Source: a virus (taxonomy: Duplodnaviria; Caudoviricetes). From it: DNA of 30,556 nt. Where the stretch lies: positions 1 through 30,556 of the IMG/VR virus record IMGVR_UViG_3300020045_007403. One strand, given 5' to 3'. The notes under the pieces are model-generated. The model was not told where the DNA came from and made no database searches. It saw only the letters and a list, made by a program, of their open reading frames with translations. The translations under genes and the position numbers were made by a program. Below, one piece after another: positions 7,499 to 15,915 of the stretch; the stretch's first letter is position 1; every line of letters starts with the position of its first letter.

Positions 7499-9323
7499 AC
7501 GTGCAGCGGATTCGCTGAATTTCTTCAAATCTTTCTTTTTGGGATGGCGAAAGGAGCAATCTGATTACAACATCGATGAAATAAAACACCATGGCGGCGG
7601 CATCTGCTTCATTTGGGCTGCGATTTCCAAGCTCTTTAATGAATATTTCCTTTGGTGTCATACCCATGCGTTTATTTTCCGATTGCTTGTAAACACGGCT
7701 TGTAAGTTGGATTTGCATATCAGTATCTGGCGGAAATGCGATCTGATATTCTGGATGTCGGGTCGCGTCTCCCAATCTTCCCCACGCGCATGTTATCCTA
7801 TTGGTGTAAGAAATTCCTGTGGAATATGCTGGCAAATCCGCAACATGGTTGTATTTCTTTTCGGATTCGGGCGTGTTTGGCCTCGGATTTAGGTCGAAAA
7901 TTGCCTGCACACCAGGAGCCTCGTTGCCCCTGAATTTGTAAATGATCGCATTTGGAAAGGCTGCACTGAATGCCGAAATGAAATCGGCACCGCCAATGGC
8001 ATCCACCGAAATAGGGATTTCATCAGCACGGCAATTCCATCTATCCCATAAAACTTTCTCGACCCACATCGCAATGCTCACGCCGTTTGCGCCACTTTTC
8101 CATCCATCTCCGTCCTTTGTTGGGTCTAATGTCCCTTTGTCGATCATCCATTGCTTTATTTTTTCATCTGAAAACTTGACATCGGCACCGCCAATCTTTG
8201 ACTTTTCGCCAAAATATCCCCTCTCCCAAACAGGCATGATTACATTGTCGTCGTTTCCGCCCTGTGCTGTGTCAAGCCCAACGGCAAGCGGAATCGTTTG
8301 TGGTTGCTTGTTTTGGTCTTGCAAAATCCTCCATCGGGCCAAACATTCCTTGTACGGAATGCCTTTGAAAATCTGCAAAATCTGATCCACAAGCGAGGCT
8401 GTCATTTCGCCATCAAGCATTGCCAATCTCCACTCGGTCGGCATTGCTTGCAGCTTTGCAAGATATACAAGGTCGTTTCTAAGGTATGCGTTGTCTTTTA
8501 GTGTCGCCTTTATGTAGGTTCGCGAGACGGTCATAAATGATCCACCCAATGGCCTTCCTGTGACAGGATGAAATTCGAGTTCTTGCGGCTCTTCAAAGAA
8601 ATATTCCTGATTGTCGAGGCTCAAAACGTGCAGCAATTCACCGTATTTTGGTCTTAGTGGCTTTTGGTTGTGATCCCTGAAATTAGGATCAACCCACGGC
8701 GCAATAGGCTTGATTATCCACAACCCCTCATGCGTTATCGGTGGATTGAAGGTGAAAATGGTCTTTATTTTTGACTGTTTTGACTTTACAATTTTGCCAT
8801 TTTTGAATTCGGCTGGCTTGCGATTCCATGCCATCAACAATCGCACGATGTTTTCAGGAAATGCTGTGGCCTCGTCGATGATGACTTGCTGAAACTGCCT
8901 GCCTTGATATTTTTGCCAGTCCTTTTTCGGGTGCTGAAGGTGTCCTAGTGTGATCTTTTTGGCTACTACCTGTGTTGGCTTTTTGCTTTCATCTTTGAAC
9001 CGGATCACAACACCGCCGTAGATATTTTCGGCACCGACCAACTTTGTGAACACGTTCACAATTTCCTCATGTTGGGAGAACTCCCTTCTAAGAATCAGTG
9101 TCGTTTCGGCTTGCGTCAAAGCAATGCAAGCAGCAGCGAAAGTTTTTCCGCCCCCGACCCCGCCACCATAAAAGATAATGTCGGCTTTGGAGTCAACCAA
9201 TGCCATTTGTGGCGTGTACTTATCAGGAAATTCGGGGTCTTGTGGCGACCAAATCGGTCTACGTCGCTTCTTTTCGGTAAGAATCGCTATTTTCCTTAGT
9301 TTCTGTTCCTTCGTGGGGCTCAT
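7494..9323 (-). CDS. terL: Terminase large subunit
   Basis: Walker A YGGGVGGGKT, Walker B VIIDEAT, motif TFNPP, RNase H-like VGLDTAQGGNDD and C-terminal RSPNEADA. Confidence 0.93.
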   Translation of the reverse strand: MSPTKEQKLRKIAILTEKKRRRPIWSPQDPEFPDKYTPQMALVDSKADIIFYGGGVGGGKTFAAACIALTQAETTLILRREFSQHEEIVNVFTKLVGAENIYGGVVIRFKDESKKPTQVVAKKITLGHLQHPKKDWQKYQGRQFQQVIIDEATAFPENIVRLLMAWNRKPAEFKNGKIVKSKQSKIKTIFTFNPPITHEGLWIIKPIAPWVDPNFRDHNQKPLRPKYGELLHVLSLDNQEYFFEEPQELEFHPVTGRPLGGSFMTVSRTYIKATLKDNAYLRNDLVYLAKLQAMPTEWRLAMLDGEMTASLVDQILQIFKGIPYKECLARWRILQDQNKQPQTIPLAVGLDTAQGGNDDNVIMPVWERGYFGEKSKIGGADVKFSDEKIKQWMIDKGTLDPTKDGDGWKSGANGVSIAMWVEKVLWDRWNCRADEIPISVDAIGGADFISAFSAAFPNAIIYKFRGNEAPGVQAIFDLNPRPNTPESEKKYNHVADLPAYSTGISYTNRITCAWGRLGDATRHPEYQIAFPPDTDMQIQLTSRVYKQSENKRMGMTPKEIFIKELGNRSPNEADAAAMVFYFIDVVIRLLLSPSQKERFEEIQRIRCTY

Positions 9324-9703
9324 TCATCGCCTTCCAGCTTGGCTAGTTCATTATCTAGCTCTTCATCCGTGAAGCTATCAAATGATTCTACATTGCGCTG
9401 CTCAACTTGTGTACGTTCGATGTAACCCCGATCCTTTGCCTGCGTCTTGAGCATGAAAATTATCATCGTGTCGCTCCCCTCCTGCACTCGCTTATGCGCC
9501 ATCGATTCAACAAAATCCATCTTAGTTTCCTTCACCTCCTTGACCCTTGCAGCGTATTCAAGATCATCCTGCATCCATTTACGGTGCGTTTCCCTGCTCA
9601 CTCCACAAGCATTCGCCGCCGTGGTGACGATGCCCAATGACTTTTCGAGTGCCGCCAGCATTGCCGCCTTGCGAGTTGCTGTTGATGTCTCGTTACCTCC
9701 CAT
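9320..9703 (-). CDS. terS: Terminase small subunit (HTH)
   Basis: AMLAALEKSLGIVTTA..CGVSRETHRKW HTH and IIFMLKTQAKDRGYIER motif; ATGA-coupled to terL. Confidence 0.85.
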   Translation of the reverse strand: MGGNETSTATRKAAMLAALEKSLGIVTTAANACGVSRETHRKWMQDDLEYAARVKEVKETKMDFVESMAHKRVQEGSDTMIIFMLKTQAKDRGYIERTQVEQRNVESFDSFTDEELDNELAKLEGDE

Positions 9704-9706
9704 TGC

Positions 9707-10468
9707 TTACTTCTTTTTGAATGCCTTCCAATCGACAAAATGATGATACCGACCGAAACGAATTACCGTTTTTGTATACTGTGGCCATACAGCCTCTAGC
9801 ATTTTTGCCTTGAGTAACTTTTTTTTAGGGTCATTACCTTTGTAAAGATCATCCTGATTGCCACCTTTCATTTTTTGACCCGTATCAACCTTGTCGGCAA
9901 GGTAATAAACACAGCTTGCGGTTTTGCCTCCATTATGAAGAACCTGAAGATTTAAGTCTATATCCTCATTGTACTTCAATCTCCACCTATACGGTAGATT
10001 GTTTTTTATCAACATTGCAGAGTATACATGGCAATTAGCCTTAAATGGTTTTTTGGGAACCCTTACGCAAAAATTCGGTTCTTCAAATCCGCAAATGTCT
10101 ATTTCATTCTTTTCAGTGTATTGCTCTACGTATCTAAGCGCAGGCTTTATGTCTTTGATCTTTAGCCTCTTGCCATTAATCCATTTCATCCACCTAATGA
10201 TATTATCATCGAATAACCAGTGATGACTATGTCCGTGCTGTTTTGAGTGCTCCCAGCAATAGTTTCTTGCTGGATAGCTACCTAGCCCTAAATTCGAGAA
10301 TGGCAACACCAAGACAATACCATCTCCCAAAGCCTTTTGGTAGCTATGTGCCTCTTGCGGCTCAACGGCTATTAAGTAATCTAGACCGCAAGATTGAAAC
10401 AGTTTTGCGGTAAGTGGTTTGTCTGCCCTGCCTTTTGATATGATATAGATCGGGAACTTAGTTTCCAT
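9707..10468 (-). CDS. GREB1/TAGT-like DNA glycosyltransferase (GT-A fold)
   Basis: PIYIISKGRA start, AVEPQE, ARNYCWEHS, HWLFDDNI (DxD-like), RWRLKYNEDIDLNLQVL and MKGGN motifs. Confidence 0.82.
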   Translation of the reverse strand: METKFPIYIISKGRADKPLTAKLFQSCGLDYLIAVEPQEAHSYQKALGDGIVLVLPFSNLGLGSYPARNYCWEHSKQHGHSHHWLFDDNIIRWMKWINGKRLKIKDIKPALRYVEQYTEKNEIDICGFEEPNFCVRVPKKPFKANCHVYSAMLIKNNLPYRWRLKYNEDIDLNLQVLHNGGKTASCVYYLADKVDTGQKMKGGNQDDLYKGNDPKKKLLKAKMLEAVWPQYTKTVIRFGRYHHFVDWKAFKKK

Positions 10469-11075
10469 AGGTTTCAGATAGGTTTACTTGCCATACCGAC
10501 CCAGCCCCTCCATTTGTTTTTTTATATTTTATATCTGGCAATCTTTCATTAAGAAATTCAGCCCCTAGTTCGGGGGTATCAAAGATAAAAACTATTTTGT
10601 GCAAGTTGCTTGCCATTCCCATTGGGTCAAATTCCTCATTCAAATTCAATTCATCTTCATTCATTGAATTGACATCGTGCCCATCCGCCCATTTCGGAGC
10701 ATCCAGTCCCCACTCTCCCAACTCCAAAGCGTCCCAATCCTTGCCGACCAGCTCCCAATCCCATTCACCAAATCCGACATTGTCCTTGATGATGAATTCC
10801 CGCTGTTGATCCTCTGTCAAGTCGTCTGCCATGATGATCGGTACTTCTTTCAATCCAAGTTCCTTACAGGCTTTCAGGCGCATATTGCCGCCAAGCACAA
10901 CCATGTCAGCATTGACCACGATAGGCCGCAGCTCCATCATTTTAGGAAAATTACGGATTGATTCGCACAATTTACGAAACCGTTCATCTTTGATCACTCT
11001 AGGATTGTTCGGATTCGCTTTTATGCTGCCAATTTTTGCCAATGTCCGGCCCAATGTCATGTCTTTTTCGCTCAT
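10458..11075 (-). CDS. ParB/Srx N-terminal domain protein
   Basis: IKANPNNPRVIKD..KLCESI..RPIVVN..VLGGNMRLKA..EFIIKDNVGFGEWD. Start reassigned to MSEKD at 11075. Confidence 0.88.
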   Translation of the reverse strand: MSEKDMTLGRTLAKIGSIKANPNNPRVIKDERFRKLCESIRNFPKMMELRPIVVNADMVVLGGNMRLKACKELGLKEVPIIMADDLTEDQQREFIIKDNVGFGEWDWELVGKDWDALELGEWGLDAPKWADGHDVNSMNEDELNLNEEFDPMGMASNLHKIVFIFDTPELGAEFLNERLPDIKYKKTNGGAGSVWQVNLSETYGN

Positions 11076-11076
11076 A

Positions 11077-11175
11077 TCAATCGTTTTCGTGCGCTTGGCT
11101 GCCTTCAAATCCATTCGAGACGTAGTAACGACAGAAAGCATCCTGCTTGCCCGTAAGCGTCTTATTTTCGCTCAT
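11077..11175 (-). pseudogene. Truncated N-terminal fragment of a second terminase small subunit (Terminase_2-type)
   Basis: Translated by hand: MSENKTLTGKQDAFCRYYVSNGFEGSQAHEND*. It matches the LTxKQxxFCxxY...NxTQA start of Terminase_2 TerS and is ATGA-coupled to the upstream gene. Confidence 0.65.
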
Positions 11176-11336
11176 TTCAACCTCCTACTAATTTCGTGCA
11201 CCAATTCAATCTCTGATACCTTCATGGCCACAAGTCCACGATAGTAATCATCTCTGCCGTTCACCGTTAACCGCCCGTCGTACAGCTTCTTGAGCTTGCG
11301 ATAGACGTGGTCTGGCATTTGTTGCTTTGTGCTCAT
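11172..11336 (-). CDS. Hypothetical protein (54 aa)
   Basis: MSTKQQ start with ATGA overlap. Confidence 0.6.
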   Translation of the reverse strand: MSTKQQMPDHVYRKLKKLYDGRLTVNGRDDYYRGLVAMKVSEIELVHEISRRLK

Positions 11337-11665
11337 TTGCTTACCCTCCGTTTCCATTTGGTTTTAAGATGGATTTTGCCGCAAATGCAATTGTATGGCA
11401 CAAGGTTGTATCCGCTTCGGGTGGTGTTGATCGCAGTGGCGCATCGTTGCGCACAGCCCGTATTTGGGTACGTTTGCTTCAATGGTGTCGGGCACCACTT
11501 TGTTTTCTTTTTCCCGTTTTTCAGAAAATCGTTTACCCTATTGACTGAGAATGACTCATGGGATAAAACAGCAAGCCACCCGCCAAAACATCTTTTGGTA
11601 AGCTCGCCTTTTGAAAAGTGTTGTAGCATTGACCTACGTGTCTGAATACCGTCGTACATACTCAT
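11333..11665 (-). CDS. Hypothetical protein with C-terminal Zn-ribbon-like motif
   Basis: Start MSMYD at 11665 (ATGA overlap); PYNCICGKIHLKTK. Confidence 0.65.
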   Translation of the reverse strand: MSMYDGIQTRRSMLQHFSKGELTKRCFGGWLAVLSHESFSVNRVNDFLKNGKKKTKWCPTPLKQTYPNTGCAQRCATAINTTRSGYNLVPYNCICGKIHLKTKWKRRVSK

Positions 11666-11952
11666 TTCCAAATCCCCCTTTCCTGAATCGGTCGCGGTGG
11701 TCGCTGCCTGATTCCGTCCCATTCAAAGTGTTTTTCCATCTTTTCCAAATTGAGCAACCCGCCATGTCTCCCATCCTCAAATCTCGCTGCATCGGTCGGG
11801 GTCGTGTTTCGAGTCCACCAAGCCGCACGAATTGTCTTCCATCGTGCATCGGATTCATGCTGCCCAATCTTGTATTTCATTGAGCGCATCAGCAACCAAG
11901 GCCAAACAATGAAACACAATCCCAAAACGACAATCGAATACGTGCTAATCAT
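11662..11952 (-). CDS. Membrane-anchored hypothetical protein
   Basis: MISTYSIVVLGLCFIVWPWLL N-terminal TM; start reassigned to 11952. Confidence 0.6.
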   Translation of the reverse strand: MISTYSIVVLGLCFIVWPWLLMRSMKYKIGQHESDARWKTIRAAWWTRNTTPTDAARFEDGRHGGLLNLEKMEKHFEWDGIRQRPPRPIQERGIWK

Positions 11953-12067
11953 TTCGATCCCTCCTATCTTCGTGATCCCAACATTGACCCGACAGCATCG
12001 CCATGACAAGCCACAAGAATGCAGCGAATGCCAAGATTGAGACGAATCCAATTGCAAGGTATTTCAT
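11945..12067 (-). CDS. Small single-TM protein (40 aa), below ORF-track cutoff
   Basis: MKYLAIGFVSILAFAAFLWLVMAMLSGQCWDHEDRRDRND*; TAATG overlap with the upstream stop; fills the gap exactly. Confidence 0.6.
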   Translation of the reverse strand: MKYLAIGFVSILAFAAFLWLVMAMLSGQCWDHEDRRDRND

Positions 12068-12294
12068 TAGTTCAGTCCGATTTCACAAAAAAACCTTCCA
12101 TCAATTTCGATCAGGCCACCAACACGAACCCTCTTTGCATTGCGATCAGCTACAAATACCATCAATATCGGCAACCCGTTACATTTCGGGCCTTTGCAGT
12201 TGCAGCCCATCGACAAAAGAGATTTCAGGCGACAATTGCGCCCGATCAGCTTTTCGATCGGCTTAACGGCTTTCAGTTGGTCTAATTCGCTCAT
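12067..12294 (-). CDS. Small Cys-containing hypothetical protein
   Basis: ATGA overlap; CNCKGPKC. Confidence 0.6.
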   Translation of the reverse strand: MSELDQLKAVKPIEKLIGRNCRLKSLLSMGCNCKGPKCNGLPILMVFVADRNAKRVRVGGLIEIDGRFFCEIGLN

Positions 12295-12509
12295 GGCTTC
12301 GGATCGAGTTTAGTTTTCGCGTGGAAAGTGGCGGTATGGTATGAAGTGCCGCCCACAATCGTGGTTCCAATGTCGGCCCCGTCTTGTAGCCAATCCAGCT
12401 TCGCAAGCTCATCCATCGCTTTCTCGACTTGCGCCTTGTTGTTGCCTCTTATCGTGACTTCCATGTGCATCGCTTCCAATTTACACAAAGTTAACGGAAT
12501 TTTTGACAA
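12291..12509 (-). CDS. Hypothetical protein (~72 aa, start uncertain)
   Basis: Fills the operon gap; alternative ATG starts slightly downstream. Confidence 0.55.
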   Translation of the reverse strand: MSKIPLTLCKLEAMHMEVTIRGNNKAQVEKAMDELAKLDWLQDGADIGTTIVGGTSYHTATFHAKTKLDPKP

Positions 12510-12933
12510 AAAGCGGATGCGCTTCGTTGAGTGCTGTGCATTTTGCTAGGAATCCTGCCTTTTCGGATTCGGGAAACTTTGTACTTTTCGGAATTCTGGC
12601 AAGTGTTTCGATTGACCATTGCAAATCGTCTTGCTTATCACGTGGCGGATTTTCGCCTTTTCCGATTGTCGGAATTGGCATAAGCTCCGAAAAATCAAAC
12701 GGTTCCGCATTTTCCAAAGCAATCTCGATAGCCGATCTTTCATCCAAGATTTCGTGGTTTTGCCTTGCAACAAATTCGACCTGTTGAATCGTGCATCCTC
12801 GCCTGTGGAATGATCCCAATCTTCGCCCAATCTCACAATGGGTTGAATATTTCGTAGGATTTTTTGCTTTCAATAGTTCTTCTAGGATGAACTGATTGAG
12901 CGGTTTCTGTGTTTTTCTTCTAAAGTGTCCCAT
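12481..12933 (-). CDS. Hypothetical protein (150 aa)
   Basis: A-rich upstream region, in operon. Confidence 0.65.
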   Translation of the reverse strand: MGHFRRKTQKPLNQFILEELLKAKNPTKYSTHCEIGRRLGSFHRRGCTIQQVEFVARQNHEILDERSAIEIALENAEPFDFSELMPIPTIGKGENPPRDKQDDLQWSIETLARIPKSTKFPESEKAGFLAKCTALNEAHPLFVKNSVNFV

Positions 12934-12952
12934 AAACTATATTTTTAGGTGT

Positions 12953-13531
12953 TCAAAATAATTCAAGTTGTGGTATTCTTATTTTGGTTGTGGCGATTTT
13001 TGGCACAGCATCCCAATTGCCGCCACGTCCAAAGGCCACCACGTTGGTAAGCCGTTTCAAAAATTCTGTTTTTAGCCAATCTGAATCGACCCTATTCTTG
13101 TGAAGGCGAGGCGCATTCTTTGTCTCTTTGTAGCTCAATCGCTGATACGTCTCTGATTGTTTGATCCAATAGACTTCGATAAGACCAGCATATTCAGGTA
13201 TGTCATCCAATGACAATAGCCCAATAGGTGTACAAAACCAAAAGTAATTTGGTATCCATAGTCCTTTTTCAAACTTACGGGCCGCCATGCGCTCGTGCTT
13301 ACTGCCATGATTTTGGTGGTATTCCCGTTTATTGAAATCGGCCTTAAAATCCGACCTGCTAGTTTTTATCTCAAGTTCATGACAAAATCCTGTCTTAGTA
13401 ATTGCAGCAACATCGGCCTCCCAGTTGTGGGGAAGAACTAGATTTGGAGCAATTGGGCAACATCGCTTTTCTTGTCTAAACGTCTGCATAACAATGCGCT
13501 CAATGTCCGTTGCTGTTGCTATTTTTTCCAT
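12953..13531 (-). CDS. MmcB-like PD-(D/E)xK nuclease-fold protein
   Basis: WEADVAAI..HELEIKTSRSDFKADF..PNYFWFCTP..IPEYAGLI..APRLH. Start reassigned to MEKIAT at 13531. Confidence 0.75.
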   Translation of the reverse strand: MEKIATATDIERIVMQTFRQEKRCCPIAPNLVLPHNWEADVAAITKTGFCHELEIKTSRSDFKADFNKREYHQNHGSKHERMAARKFEKGLWIPNYFWFCTPIGLLSLDDIPEYAGLIEVYWIKQSETYQRLSYKETKNAPRLHKNRVDSDWLKTEFLKRLTNVVAFGRGGNWDAVPKIATTKIRIPQLELF

Positions 13532-13538
13532 CAAATAA

Positions 13539-14459
13539 TCAATTTTCGTGCGTTTCCTCAATTTCAAATTCTTTCCAATGCTCAAAATAGGCATCGAAAA
13601 CAGCACAGCGGGCGCATTCATGGATGCTTGGAATTGCTGTGATTGGTGGAATATTTGTGGATCCGGCCCGCAATTGTCGTGTGATTTTCGTCTGTGTTTC
13701 GGTTCTGATCCGGTTTATTTCATCAGGATTTCGAGTTGAAAGCATCCCATCAACAACATTGGGCCAATCTGGAAAGGCTTCATAGTACTCGACTTTGAAG
13801 ATTTTCAACTCACGATCTCGCATCTTTGATTCATCCCAATCGGGTCTATTTTTCAGGATTTCAACCATTTCAGCGATCATTTGCATAGCTGCGGCCTTTT
13901 CATCAGCGTTCGAAGTGTGCCAAAAACGATAGCGCCAATTTGAAGCCATTGCCGTGTTTTTGCGCATCAAAAGCGTGTGTTTGGCGATATTTGGCCATTC
14001 TCGATGAATCGCCTCGATAGGTTCTCCAAAGAATGCATTTCCGCCTGTGTTTTGGGGTAATTCTAGGGGTTCTGGTTTGTTTTTTAGGATTTCCAAGACC
14101 ATTTTTTGAACCGAATGCTCAATGTCTTCGAGGTACATTTTCGGGAAAAGTCGCCTGTTGTTGGCAAAATCAGATTGGCAATCTTTCGCAGCGTTGCGCA
14201 TTGCGTCGCCAATCTGTCGAGGCGTAAGGGTTGCATATTTGCGCATCATGGACATCATTAGCGAAACTTCCTCTGTGGATTGTTCGCGGCCCTGAATATC
14301 TTGCGCCTTGACAACAACCCTTTCAAGCTCAATCCATTTTGCTACCAATGAAGCTGCAATCTGCCATTCTGATTCCTTTTGCTCCCTGATCGGCTGCATC
14401 GGCTCAAACGCCTGAATTCCTGTTGAATTCGATGACTGTACTAAGTTGTGATTTTCCAT
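13539..14459 (-). CDS. Hypothetical protein, positionally a helicase loader/replication accessory
   Basis: Directly downstream of the YdaU-type initiator; function inferred from synteny only. Confidence 0.55.
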   Translation of the reverse strand: MENHNLVQSSNSTGIQAFEPMQPIREQKESEWQIAASLVAKWIELERVVVKAQDIQGREQSTEEVSLMMSMMRKYATLTPRQIGDAMRNAAKDCQSDFANNRRLFPKMYLEDIEHSVQKMVLEILKNKPEPLELPQNTGGNAFFGEPIEAIHREWPNIAKHTLLMRKNTAMASNWRYRFWHTSNADEKAAAMQMIAEMVEILKNRPDWDESKMRDRELKIFKVEYYEAFPDWPNVVDGMLSTRNPDEINRIRTETQTKITRQLRAGSTNIPPITAIPSIHECARCAVFDAYFEHWKEFEIEETHEN

Positions 14460-15327
14460 CCTGTTTTCCTCCTTTTGCGTTTTCTACTTTGATTTGAACA
14501 TTCAGCCAATCCGTTTTCCATTCATCGCCATCCAACCAATTTTGCGGCTGTGGGATGAATTGCGTACCTGTGCCTAGTCGGGTGTGGTATGCCATGAAAT
14601 CACCGGCACGAACTCGCAACAACTTTGCAGCCTCGACAAATGACATTGACATTGGCGGTGCATTCATTCGGCTCAAGCACGAAGCATAAGCAGTCTCAAG
14701 CGGTCGCGGTTTTCCTTGCCTTAGCGAATAGACTGATTGGAAGTTTCGGGCCTCGGTTGCTGCATCGAATTTCGGTTCTCGCATTCCCCCCTGCACCCCC
14801 CTGTTTTCTACTTCAATTTCATCTTCATTATCATTTTCATTTTCATATTCAGTTAGCATGCTTTTAGCATGGGTTTGAGCATGTACTTTAGCATGGTTTT
14901 TAGCATCAATTAGATTTTCTACCAATTCTCCATTTTCGGAAAAAACCGCCGCCCGTTTTCTTTCTCGGTCGTTTTCCCATCGAATATCCGCCGCTCGTTT
15001 GGCCCTTGACTTGTTTTCCGCGGTTTTTTCCAAAGAAACGACGCGCTCAATTTCGAGACGTTTGTTTGAATAATTGGATGCTAAGTCGATGCTAAACTTA
15101 TGCTCAAGCAATGCTTGGAGCATGCTACAAGCATCGGTGTCGGAGCTATCAATTCCGGCCAATCGGCAAACGGTTTTGAACTTTGAAGGGAACGGCCCAT
15201 TGACCCACTGATGCGCAAGCAGGCGAATGTACATACCGACCTCGGTAGGCTCCATGATCGCGGTGCTACTAATGAAGTCATTGGCATAAAAGAGGAAAGC
15301 GGGGCGGTTTTCTTTGCTCATGGTCAA
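14404..15327 (-). CDS. YdaU/DUF1376-family replication initiator
   Basis: RPAFLFYANDFISST..EVGMYIRLLAHQW..NKRLEIE N-terminus, acidic ENENDNEDE linker, C-terminal FIPQPQNWL; internal iterons. Confidence 0.82.
   Translation of the reverse strand: MTMSKENRPAFLFYANDFISSTAIMEPTEVGMYIRLLAHQWVNGPFPSKFKTVCRLAGIDSSDTDACSMLQALLEHKFSIDLASNYSNKRLEIERVVSLEKTAENKSRAKRAADIRWENDRERKRAAVFSENGELVENLIDAKNHAKVHAQTHAKSMLTEYENENDNEDEIEVENRGVQGGMREPKFDAATEARNFQSVYSLRQGKPRPLETAYASCLSRMNAPPMSMSFVEAAKLLRVRAGDFMAYHTRLGTGTQFIPQPQNWLDGDEWKTDWLNVQIKVENAKGGKQDGKSQLSTVIEFNRNSGV
14852..14906 (+). repeat. Iteron array A (5 x AGCAT core, consensus TTTAGCATG)
   Basis: AGCAT at 14855, 14866, 14878, 14890, 14902, next to the AT-rich tract 14815-14850. 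Confidence 0.75.
15078..15126 (-). repeat. Iteron array B (5 x ATGCT, exact 11-bp period)
   Basis: ATGCT at 15078, 15089, 15100, 15111, 15122; reverse complement of the array A core. Confidence 0.7.
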
Positions 15328-15812
15328 AATGGTAAGTCGTCACCAGATTCGGTTGTTGCACTTGAATAATGTGTATTGTTTTCTTTCATGGCTTCCATTT
15401 CTGCGGCATCTGCATCCTCTTTCCAATTCGGGTTTTTATCCTCATAATGCTCGCAAGCTGTCGGCATCCTCATAACACCATCTTCACCCCAATTGGCTAT
15501 AAAATGCTCAAAACCAGACTTCTTTGCTTCAAGCCGATATGAATAGAGCTGCATATCCTTGTGAAATTTGCAGTGAAAATAGGTATAGGTTGGGCCATCG
15601 TCCTCCCTGTGTTCATCCCATCCATCGTGAACGATGAGCCTATGAATTACATTGCTTTCTTGGTGTGCTTCCAGGTGCTTGCAATGTTTTAGACATAAAT
15701 GGTGGTTGTTTGGGTTTGAGCTGCATTTAGGCTCGTGGCTTACTGCATGATGCAGCCGTTTATACACCGTCTTGCAAAAATCGCATTCATGCGCTTTAAT
15801 TTCCTTTGGCAT
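15324..15812 (-). CDS. Cys/His-rich putative Zn-binding protein ending in DDLPF
   Basis: Start MPKEIK at 15812 with GGAGG upstream; CDFC..HEPKC..HLCLKHCKHL; SSB-like acidic DDLPF tail. Confidence 0.7.
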   Translation of the reverse strand: MPKEIKAHECDFCKTVYKRLHHAVSHEPKCSSNPNNHHLCLKHCKHLEAHQESNVIHRLIVHDGWDEHREDDGPTYTYFHCKFHKDMQLYSYRLEAKKSGFEHFIANWGEDGVMRMPTACEHYEDKNPNWKEDADAAEMEAMKENNTHYSSATTESGDDLPF

Positions 15813-15821
15813 ATTTCCTCC

Positions 15822-15906
15822 AAAAAATAACCCCAATCAGGGCTATGGCGGTAGCACCTAAAAGGGGTATTTCATTGAAATCGACCGCCATCGATTGAAT
15901 TATTTC
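15822..15906 (-). ncRNA. Structured leader: two hairpins with complementary loops, the second followed by a U-tract
   Basis: AATCGA-TGGCGG-TCGATT and ACCCC..AGG.GCTA-CCGCCA-TAGC.CCT..GGGGT-TATTTTTT; TAGGTTTG box at 15918-15911. Confidence 0.65.
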
Positions 15907-15915
15907 AACACAAAC

